Assembly (NCBI GenBank): GCA_009602735.1
Contig: WELA01002665.1
Span: forward strand, 61,711-100,494
From: Mesotaenium endlicherianum
Lineage: Eukaryota
Length of the DNA stretch: 38,784 nucleotides
Direction of reading: 5' to 3'
Shown here: piece after piece, positions 22,801-34,700 of the stretch
Layout: each line of letters begins with the position of its first letter
Numbering within the stretch: the stretch's first letter is position 1
Notes under the pieces: generated by a model
Seen by the model: only the letters and a program-made list of their open reading frames with translations
Databases searched by the model: none
Told to the model about the DNA's origin: nothing
Position numbers and translations under genes: made by a program

Positions 22801-24424
22801 TAGAGTCCCCTTTAGTTAACTCACTGTATCGTCACCGTCGACAGAAGATTACAAGTACAGGACTCTTTCTACCCTGCACGTTTTAGTATCTCTCTCGGTG
22901 CACAAAATTGTGTTCCTTAAAAATCCAAACTTGTACGCAATGACTCCAGTGTGATCATAGTCACAGAAAACCATTGCAATTACCACAATTGCCCAAATAC
23001 TTATGACTTCCAACTTACTACAAAACACGAATATCCTTCACATCTTTCGTACAACGGGCCTACATGGTCAGAACTCACGCCGCCGTGCGCGTGCGCGTGT
23101 GCATGCGTGTGCGCGTGTACGTGTGCGTGCCCGTGTGCATGTGGACCCTTTATTTACTCAGTTTTTTTCTGTGCAGGACTCGTTTTTGGCGGCATCCCCG
23201 CCAGCGCCCACTGCCTCCGCTTCTCCGACACCTGGCAAGCCCCGGACACTTTACCCCTCCACCTTCAACCTTTGAACCCTCGACTTGATGGCAGGATCCG
23301 TTCTCCCCCAAAATTCTTATTTACTTCAACTTTCTATTGAGAAGTGCAGTTTCAACTTCAGCACACCGCCTCTTTAGTGACTCCGGAAGTTTTACCCTAA
23401 TGAAACTCTTCCCCACCTACTCTGATTCCCTAAGTATATGAATATATCTTTGCATGTGACCCCAAAAATTCTTTCACTCCGGAAAACCGGGTCGCCCCGT
23501 TTGAAGTTCTCGTGTGCACCTGTCAGTGGCGAGTAGCCTATATTTGGGGAGTTTGCCCCACTTGTCAAACGCTCAACCCCGAACGCTGACCCAGAACCTC
23601 GAGCTGGTGCTCGGGTTGTCTCTGGCTTCCAGCTGTAAGTCGTGTAAGACAAGTCGCGTGAGACAAGTCAGCAGCCGCCAATAGCCCCATGCCCAGCAGC
23701 AGTATAGGGCCTGGGAGCTCTGGACCTTCAGGGTTTTTGGGTTCGAGGGTTTTCAGGGCTGCAGATTGAGGGTTTAAGCAGGTGGTCCAGGGTGTGTCTG
23801 TTTTCTTCTCAGCACTGGATAGATGCTTGAATACAGTCACGAGACAAAGAGTTGTTGGATAATCATCGCTAAACAGAAAAATGTTAGATATACTATCGTC
23901 TACTAAACACGCGCGCCATGCACCTTCCGCCGTGCACCTTTGCGTTGATTTCCAATCTCTCTATGTGCCCTATGAGAAACACCCTCATTTCATCATATGC
24001 AGGTACCCGACGTACCGAATTGGGTCAGGAAGCATCAACTTCCAGATTAACGTGTCAGTGACGGGGCCAAGCAACGCACAGGTGAGATTTGGCTCGCCAA
24101 ATTGCTGATGTATCGTAACATTCATCCATATCTAGAAGATCATATTCTGTACGTGAAAGAAATATTTTGCGCTGCATGCCAGTGCCTGTCCCTTCCCCCC
24201 AGTAGGAAACTTTGGGGAGCGTTTGCATTGGGTGGGGACATCACAATGCCTTGAAGAATTTTTTTGTTCTCTGACGGTATTGCGCCAAAAGGGAGGTCAA
24301 CGATGAGACATCATGCTTGTGCTAAGCTGCGGAAATTCCTTCCTGGACTCCTAAGATTCTCATCCAGAGGTTGATGATTGGAATTCGTACGCGCACATGG
24401 AGTCATGCACGTACGCACACATGG

Positions 24425-24491
<67 letters not shown>

Positions 24492-27400
24492 TATGTGTGT
24501 ATTGTGTGTGTGTGCGCATGCATTAGATCCTTGAATGAGAAAGCCCCTTAACATCCACCTTCTATTTGCTCTCTCCTGCCCCCCCTTCTCTCCTTTTCCA
24601 ACATCTAAGCCCTCTCTTAACTCTATAGTCCGATACCACCAGCACCATAGCCTTTGCTCTAACTTGCAAACCGTAACCTGACCCCAGATCCTAGACTTCA
24701 ACACTTAACTCGCCACCCCCTTCCCCCCACGCCCCACAACCCNGAGCGCGCTGAACGCTGGCGGCACGATTGCCGCCCACCTCGTCGGCGACTTTGCCAG
24801 CTACCGCCAGCTGGCAGTGCTGTCAAGCAAGTTCCTGTCGGTGCCGCAGGCGGGCGGCAGCGCCGCCGCGGACTTTGGAAAGTTTGACCCGGACGTTGCG
24901 AGTGAGTGGCGCCCCCCCGCCCCCCCCCCCCCNNNNNNNNNNNNNNNNNNNNNNNNNNNCCCCCCCCCCCCCCCCCCCCCACGTGCGATGCTTGTCGTGC
25001 ACTCTAAACCCCAAACGCTAACCCTGGGAACCACTTGCCGTGGCGTTTCTCTGGCTGTCTGTCTGTGCACTACTCACTGCCTGCTTTTCGTGTATACATA
25101 CTGTATACATACTCAGTCTCTCATGTGGGCTGGCTGAATGCGCGCAGCGTGGATGCTGGTGGATCCCGGCATGTACACGCTCGACGGCTCCGAGTGCAAC
25201 AAGATCGGCGCGTCGTTCTCCGCCTTCAGATTCGAATCCGACCGCTGCCACAAGTTCGTCGGCAGCTGCCTGGGCAGCCAGCTGGAGGACTTTGCTCAGG
25301 TGCGCGCGTGTCCTGCACGCATCGTGCGCACGTGTTGCGCGCGTGTGTCATGCGCGTGTCGTGCGCGCCCGTCGCGCGCGTGTTGTGCGCGCGTTTTCTT
25401 GCGCGTGTTTTGTGGAGGTCCAAGCAGCAGACCAGAGCTCAAGACCCTCTTGGTGTTATTCAACTTAAGACTACGTGGTTATGATATGATGCAGTCAGCT
25501 TGTGATGCTTGAGAGGTCGCGGGTGCGGAAGCGATTCCAATATGATGATGAAAGAAACAGAAACAAGAAAAAAAAAGGGCTCACTCGCATGCTTCTTATG
25601 GAGGTAGAAAGACCACATCCTCGTACTGAGCTTTCTGTCCATGTTTGCCCGGCATCCAAATTCTTTGACATGTGATGCTATTTCACGGCTGAAATTGGTC
25701 AACAAATACTTGTATGCTTAGTTGGGTCAGGTTGTTGTTCTGAAATTTGTTAAGTACGTCTCAGATTAAGGTATGTCATACACGTATATACATTATATAG
25801 ATATATACACATACATATATGTATATACGTTGTATATGCACGTATATGAAGTACCAGGTCTACAAGCAAAGGTTAAGAAGTCCTACCACACAGTAAGTCT
25901 GAAACATTCAAGTAAATTACATAAGAAGTGGCCATCAATGTGCTACAGCTAATGCGTTTCAACCTGTTGCGGAGGACAGGTGGACATGGCGAGAGTAAAA
26001 AACGGCCAGAAGCCCATCTATTCAGTTTCCAACCTTGGTGCTGTCTCTCCCCAACAGGACGTATGTGTCATTGCTTCCCCCATTCTCCCCCCCCCCCCTT
26101 CCCCTTTTCTCTCCGACATACCCCTGTACTGGCCCCTTGCCCTCCTCTTTTTTATGTTTCTGATGTTCTTGCTTTCGCTTTCCTTCCAACAACGTGGATT
26201 ATGTGAGTCTTCGCATGTAGTACCAGGGCTGGAAGGGGGACCTGCACATTTAACATTTGTGTGCGTGTGTGTGCGTGCACATGTGTGTGTGTGCGTGCAC
26301 ATGTGTGTGTGTGCACCTGTGTGTGTGTGTGTGTGTAAGTTTGTATGTGCTGTGTGTGTGCGTGTGTACGTTTATCTGTGCGTGTCCATGTGCGTGCGTG
26401 CATGCATGTGCGTGAACGGCCGTGCACGTGCCACGTGTGAACAGGGCCAGGGAGAGCTCAGCATCTCGCTGCCCGTGAATGACGGGCAGAACTCGCTCTT
26501 CACTCTGGAGCTCAACGCCGACGCGATTCGATTTGTCACCAACAAGTAAGTGCTCGCTATCTTATTCCACACTTCATTCTAATAAATCCAAGGGTGTAGT
26601 GTGAGGGGTGCGCGCAAATTAACAAGGGCTTGATGTACCTGTGTCCTCCACACTACACTAGATCAAGTAATCAATCTCCCTCTCGCAGCGCGAGTTCCAC
26701 CGTCGGAGGTTTGCAGCACACACAACCCCAAAACCCTGCACCCTTCTCCCTACAATTTGGAGCCCTCAGCTGAAAGCCTACATATTGACTGCCACCTCGA
26801 AAGTGCCACCTGGCACTTCTCGCAAGTGCCACATCACAAGTGCCACCCACAAGTGATCTAAAGAGGGTCAGGCAAACCAAGTTTGAAATGTTTTTCCCGT
26901 GCAAAAGGGTGAGTAACGAGGGGCAAGCGGTTTTGTGGAGCCAGTTTCACGTCTCGATAGAGAGGTCTTGAGTTACTTTACTGTTTCTACTCACACACAC
27001 GCACACACACGCACGTATAACACAAACACATGCATGCACACATGCACGCACAAGCTTGTACGTAAGATATGTATGATATCATGAGATCTATGTGCACATG
27101 TCTTATGTTCAAAGTCATAAGTATACGTGGCCATTGTGGCCATCGATTGAAAACTCACGCTTGGTCATAAGCACCTCCCAAATTGGTCGTTACTTTTCAA
27201 ACAATTCCCTTGCTCTTCAGAAGCCCCGCCAAAATAGTGAACGCGAACGCTGCCCCCTTCGAGGCAATGTCTGGCGATGGCCAGATGTCAGTCCAGGTCC
27301 AAAACATTGGGACACTTGTCGCCGACTACACCATCACTGTGAGACCCACCTACCCGGCAGGCCCGAACCATCTCCTTATGTATTTATATAATATTTGTTA

Positions 27401-28707
27401 TTTCACTTTTACAGCTCTGTATTTCAGGTCACAGGTACTTGGGTCATTTTGGATAATAGAAATTTCAACCAACAAAATAATATCGAGATTTAAAAAATAA
27501 TTCCACTACATGGCCATCCTGGCCTGCACAGGACTGCCTGAGCTCCCGCCGTAGCTTCGCAAGAGACGGAGAGTTGTAAGGCCGTCGTAATTTCCATGTT
27601 AAGCTGGGCACGGCAGCTTGGTACTTGCTGCGATGCCCTGATTGGCAGCGTGTGTTTCTTATTTTCGCAAAGCACCCAGGACCTATATAGTTTCTAAAAG
27701 GTGCCCGACAAACACACAGCACTCCCGGCCTCCCTGCGCTTGCGCCTGCGCCACTTCCGGAGCTGGCTGGCGCTGGCTGGGGCTGTCTTGGGAGCGTCGC
27801 CGCACGATTGCTCCGTTCAGCTGATGTGAATTTTGAAGCAATCAATACATGGGTCTGCATCGGCAAGTGTTTCTTTGTCGTCCAAGAGAGAGGGAAACAC
27901 ATACCATGGAGATCTGAAACGTTTGATTTGCATCGTCCTACGTGTGTGCAATGGATGAGCAGGTGTGCACATGTGCATATTAGTATGGTGTGAGTTTCTT
28001 CACGTTGAGCCTACGAGGGCATGGCTGACACGCTGTGTGATGAACATGTGGCAGGTCCAGAACTGCTCGCGGGGAATAGCGCCCGTCCAGGTAAGCCTTC
28101 CCAAGCCAATCGCTCACACCAAAGCCTTTTCTAACAAGTGCGGCTATCACATGTTTGTGCCACGTGGCCCATAGAAATGTCTCGGCGTTAGCACAGAGAG
28201 ACAGAAGAAGAGAATAAAAAGAATAACAACACGCAGCCACTTAGACGCGAAGGCAATTATCACGAAGGCAAACATAAGAGTTTCTCAGCTGTGTGGAGCT
28301 CAAACAGAAAGGTTAAAACATAAAAGTATTTAAATATTTAGACTAAAATGTGTAATATACATGTTCAAGGGCTTCCCAAGTTCCCAGCCCCACGCAAAAC
28401 CTACGGGGGTTGAGATTTAGGCCAATTGCTGTGCCCTCTCCCCCGTCCGCGTTGCCCCATGTACGTCAAAAAATCACGCGCGCAGGCGCAGGCGCGCAGC
28501 ATACAACCAGGGGAGGTTTTGGCGCTCACGTTCGGACTGCGGTCTACGGACCAGGCGGCCACCAAGCGCACCTGCAATGGTGCGTACTTGTGCTTGCATG
28601 TGCGTGCGTGGGTGTGCGTGCGTGTGTGTGCGTGTGTGCGTGTGTGCGTGTGTGCGTGTGTGTGTGTGTGTGTGTGCGCGAGAGAGAGACAGAGAAAGAG
28701 TGCGTGC

Positions 28708-28764
<57 letters not shown>

Positions 28765-31700
28765 CGTGCGTGTGAGAACCTGCAATGGTGCGTATTTGTA
28801 CTTACGTGGGTGTGCTTGTGCATGTACGTGCATGCGCGTGCATGTGAGCACACGTGCGTGTGTGCGTTCGTGCGTGTGTGAGTTGAGAACGTATGTGACG
28901 TGGTCTTTTGCTTCCTTATTACGACCTCTCACACAATTCACGTGTGTGTGTGTGCGTGTATGCTTAGAGGAACTTTCATGTGCACGTGCGTGCACGCGTG
29001 CACGCCCACGGCCATGCCTATCAGCATCCAAGTGTAATCCAGTACTTTCCGTATGGCATACTAGACAGGAAGCTAAGTTGTCTCTTACAGTACCAGAGCG
29101 TCAGATGCAATACTTTAAATTTTTTTATTTCCTCTTTAATCTTTTCTTACCGACAGGCTTTGACTCCCCTCCATCTATTATCGTCTGGATGCTCTGGCTG
29201 CTCTGGCCCCAGCGGAGTCTCTAAATGCACGTGTCTACTAGCAGCCATGAATCTCACAGAGCTATGGAAGGCCCGGAACAGCTCTCAAAGTCCAAATTGT
29301 CGTAGGTCCTAACCCTAAATCTCATCAATCCCTGTGTCTCGGCATGTGGCCGTGTGCCAATAGCCGTGAATCTCATAGAGAGTTGAAACTTGAAAGGGCC
29401 CAAACGGCTCTCAGTGTGCAAAATGTCGTAGGTCCTAAACCCTGGATTTCATCGATCCCTGCGCTGTGGCGTGTCGTGGCATGTCGCAAGCTCAGTGGTA
29501 ATCTACGGCGCAGGAGGGGAAGCGATCGACGCACGCCTCATTAACTTCTCCACCTTCGCTGCCGCCGATAACCGCGCCAACCAGGTGCGAGCGCGTGGGT
29601 GTCACTCGCAATTGACGACACCTGTCCCCCACCCACCCGCCCACCCACCCACCCACCCACCCGCCCGCCCGCCCGCCCACCAGGTCTCTCTCGTCTGTGA
29701 ATCGAAGTAATCCTTGTTTCTGACATTTCTTTTTCGGGGGTGAGGTGTTTTGCTGGAGATTGAGAACTCAGAACACCATTCCCCCTTCCGCCTAGTTCTA
29801 TTGTGCTGTGTGTAACGCGTAGAGCTGGGCATTGCTTGATGGGGTCTAGGGTTTCGAGTTTGGGGTTCACCTCTCTCCATCGCTTTGGAGTTGTGGAATC
29901 TGAGTGTGTGTTTCAACAGTGTTGTGTGCACATATTAGTCGCAGTTCTGGTTTCATGTAGAGTACTTCCAACGACTTTGGGCTTACATATTTGGTATTGT
30001 GTTTTCAGAAGACGCATGGTTTACACTTGATCGCTTGTGCGTGACGTTTGTGAGTGTGCACATCTATACATATCCATATACATGCACATACGTATACGTA
30101 TATATATATATCCATGTGTGTGTGTATTGTATTAATTATGTGCAGTCATCCGATACGTATTTGGCAGGATGGCGCCAACGACGGGAAGGCTTTGCACAAC
30201 ACCACCGGCGCAGGGGGGTCGGGCCTTCGACTCTCGCTTCCACTTTGCTCGTGCGCTCTCCTCCTCCCCTTCCCGGACTTTTCCCATTTGATTTGCCAGA
30301 AACGTAAGGGTTGACGACAGCTGTACTTGTGCGAAAACGGAAGAGGTGTCGGTGGATTTGCACTCTAGAGCCCATTTGGTCATTTCTTACTCTATAGCAC
30401 TTCCATGTATGTGTAGATATCTTAATTCCGTGTATATTTCTCATTAAAAAACATATATAAATATGTGTGTGAATGTGTCAATGAATATATACGTAAGTGT
30501 ACATGTACCTATGCAAAGCCTCAGCAAAGGAAACAAAGTCCTAGCGCGCAACGTCTTCTTTGCTCTTCTAACGAAGCACAAGTCTTCCCCAGTTACAAAA
30601 TCATGAATCTCATTGCACAACAACCCAGCAGACACCCAGTCAACGCGCTTGCCTCTCACGCAAATCCTCTCTCTGTATCCCCCCCTTAAGCCCCCAGACC
30701 TGCATGCTAAACCTCAAACCTTGTTTCATAGCACCAACGTCCTATTCCCTCCTCTTGGGCTCATCGTGAAACAATCATATTGAAATTAGGCTGCCCATGG
30801 GGTGCCTGACACCTGTCACTGCTTCCGCATCTGCCCTTATCCGGGGTTCTGCGGCGGTCTCGACTCTCTCCTCTTCTGACGCGTGGACCCATGACCCTCC
30901 TTGTCCTTGCAGCTAAATACTATGTCTGCAAAAGGCCATGCACATAGTATACACATCGCGGACGCATGTGTGTAGACAGATGTGTAAATGTCTTAACGTA
31001 TACATATAGAATATGTCACATAGTACACATGCGTGCAAATATCTCAAAAACAAAGCGTCAAAACCCTTACTATGATAACTTGTGCCTGCATCACCAGCCT
31101 CTCTCCTCCGCATGCAGGCTGCAGCCAAAAGCCTAGTAGCTAAAACCCTGATTGCGCTGTCCGCTTGAGACCGAGGCAAAGCTTGCCAAAACCCTCTTGT
31201 CTAATTGCTGCGCTCTGCTCAGACCCTGGGCACCGTCATGCCTGCTGATGTGTCTGGCCCTCAGGCACCCCAAGTTTAGAGTGGCTTGTTTCACGAAGGG
31301 GTTCCGGGTTTCGGATCTACTCAGGTGTCAGGGTTGAGGGTTTCATTGTTCATCATGCAGCCCATCCAGGTCTTACCCTTGGGCAGTTGTGCGTACGCTC
31401 CCTTTATTGGAACCTTTTGTTTTTGCCCGATTTCCTTATTCAAGCACCAGCCTCGTCCTATGCTTGCGCCCCTCTGATAGTTTTCACTTCTTGAGCACAA
31501 GGTTGACCCTGAATCCGGCCAATAAGGCAGGGGGGGNNNNNNNNNNNNNNNNNNNNNNNNNNNNNNNNNNNNNNNNNGGGGGGGGGGGGGGAGGGTTGCG
31601 AGCAGGTTGGGGGTGTGGGGTACAGACCACATGACCACAATGCTGCTTTAACAGATTAGGATCTACGTAGTCTGCACATGTACATACGTGTACACATGTA

Positions 31701-34700
31701 AACTAATACGCAGTGCATATCCGCACCTAAAAATGTATATTGATCATACATTGTGTTGTCTACGTTGATATAAGAGTGCATCTGCAGATATATAAGCAAA
31801 TCTACAAATCTTCTTTCTTTGTGTGTGTGTATGTGTGCGTGTGTGTGTGTGTGTGCGTGTGCGTGTGCGAGCGTGTGCGTGTGCGTGCGTGTGCGTGTGC
31901 GTATGTGTGTGCGTGTGTGTGTGCGTGTGCGTGTGGCTGGAGGGATGACCAGCACGTGCGGGTGGATGGACGTGGGGTGTCTGACGGCGCGACTCTGCTG
32001 GTCCCGCCTCGCCACTCTTGCCGCCTGCATCTTCGGACTCGCTCTCTTTGCCATTTTCGGTAAGGCGCGTTTAAACCCTCTATATGCTTTTCCATCGCTC
32101 TGCCTCAATCGCGAATATTTGCCGCCCTGCATAGATTGGAGACACTCCCACCTGCAAAAGTACGCGATGCACGCGCACGAATCAGAACTTGTTGGCTTCC
32201 TGGCGCTCTCACTTGAGCTTTGGCCGCGCCCATGAACGTCTCTCTCTTTGCAGCCCGGCGATGCTGCCTGCATGGCGCTCTAGCCAGTTGCAAACGGCGC
32301 TGAGATGTTTTGCTGTCCTATGGTGCAGTCACCAGTGATATTGACCACAGTGTTGGGTATTAATGTTGTTGATTATATTACTGTTGATTATATTAATTTC
32401 GAGTTATGTTATAGGGTTACTTACGAACAATGTGCTGCGTGATGGTGTCTTATGGCAGCGATATTGGCATTATTTTTCTGCCTGCAAGCTCGCGTGGCGC
32501 TGCTTGCCGCAAAGGCCCCGGCAGCCATCGGCTGCGGAGTACTCAAGGGGCTGTGGTGGCTGCGCGCGCGCGCGTTTGTTGGGTCAAAGCCAAAGGATGG
32601 GCTGGTGATAGTGGAGGCAGAGGAGGCGAGTCGAAGAGAGAAAGGGAGCGGAAAAGACAAATTGAAAGGTGCAGTGAAAGGAGGCAACGAGGCGGAGGAG
32701 AAAAGGAGAGGGAAAGGGAATGGGAAAGGGAAAGGGAAAGGGGAAGCTATTGGGAGAGTGAAAGAGGAGGAGGACGGAGGAGAGAGCGGGGCGGGGATTG
32801 GGAAGTGGAAAGGCGATGGAAGGGCGGCGGAGAACGGGACAGCAGCGGCAGCAGCGGCAGCAGCGGCAGCGGCATTGGAGGAGGTTGGGGGAGAGAAGCG
32901 GAGAGGGGACTGGAAAGTGAGAGAGAGGCGAACGTATGGGGAGTTGACAAGCGCAGAGGCGTCGGAAACACAGGCACAGAGGAACGGGAGAGAGAGATAT
33001 GGATGGCATGCGACAAACGGAGATGACGACGATGAAGAAGCAGCAGCAGAGAATGAGGGAGGAGAGGAGGAGGGCCGGGAACTAGGCAGGGCCGCTGCAA
33101 GGGCCGGCCGGGGGGGAGGGGAGGATTCGAAGCAAGAGTACTGGGGGAGCGGAGTGAGCCAGGGCCGTGGGGGAGGGGAGGGTTCGGCGGCATACAATGG
33201 AGGGCCGGGAAGGGGGGAGGGCCGCGGGGAAGGGGGGGACTTGACTGCGCAGGAGGATTTTGGACAGCTGTCGCCTGAGGACGTGTGGGCGCTGGTCGAT
33301 GGGAATTTTGTGGTTTGTTTGAATATCGAGGTATAAGCTTCTCACTTGTTCTTCTTGATCACTAGAATGAATTAGAATCAACCCAGTTCTTAAACCAGCT
33401 CAAATTCGCTGTGACTCTGATGCATTGTCTTTGTGGAAGAATGCATTGTCTTTGTGTTCGCGCCTTCTGAAAACAAGAGAAGGAGCTCTGGTGGTGCCGT
33501 AATGTCGATACGTACATGTTGGTTTGTCTATGGCTACAATGAGATGTACAATTTCATTTTTACTGATGTACATGTGGATGTACACATATGTATATGTATA
33601 TATATATATATACATATACATATGTATGTGTGTATGTACTAAATGTGATCCATCTATCCACATTGGACTACACAAATGAATACTTCCACATTTGTGTGTA
33701 TATGTCTTTCTTGAATGTGATGGTATTACTATGACAAAGAAGCACCAATTCCAAGCTCAAATCTGGGTATAATGTGCGTTTACCTTCCCTGTTGCAGGAC
33801 ACCAGCCGTGTCCCCTCACTGCGCCACGCGGGCGCCTCCTGCTCCCTTCTTGGCTCCCTGCACCCTGCCGAGGGCGCTACAAGTGTCAGGTTCTCTGTGG
33901 CCGAGGGCCGTGAACGTCAGACGCGAATGTGGCTGAGGACAATCTACGCGCCACTTGCCAACCCTCTCCCTCTCGACGCATTTTTCTTCAACATTGTCTT
34001 GGAGGTCTGTTGACCACCTTGCCCATTCTGCTTCTTTGATACTTCAAGACAAGCAGCCGAGCGTATATTTATTGCTTGTCTTTGAACAAGCGTCTGTTTG
34101 TGTCTCTTTTACTCATGTACAGCTAGCTGCCTTTCAGTAGATTCTTAGCCCAGGCCCACTCCCCTCCTGTTTCCTTTGGAAGTTACAAGCACTATCTCAA
34201 GGGCATGCGGTGTAGCAAAGATGTATAGACCACATCTCTGTTGATGCAACTCTGCCGCCTGGCGATTAGCGTTCAGCTTTGACTGTGTCTTTGCAAGCGT
34301 ACTTTCTTCAATTCCCAGGGATCGAGCGTCAGGACACGCACTTTGGGTTGGGGCCAAATCAGCGCACAAAAAAGTGCCATAGAAACTGCGGTTTCAATCT
34401 CTACAAGCTCTGCTAAGCGCGCATGTGTGCGTGCTTGCGCGCATGTGTGCGTGTGCGTGCCCATGTGGGCGAGTGTGATGCCCGTGTGCATTTGTGTATG
34501 CGTGTGTTGTGCGCTTGTGCGTGTGTATGCGTGCACGGTTGTGTACATGTGAGTGTGAGTGTTTGCACGGATTGCACAGGTGCTGGGCCGGTAAGAGTAG
34601 AAATGCATACATAATGCTAGTGAGCATGGACAAGTATGACAATCATGAGCTTGAATGCACGCCCTTCCATGCACACACTCCATGTATGTGTGCCCACATA

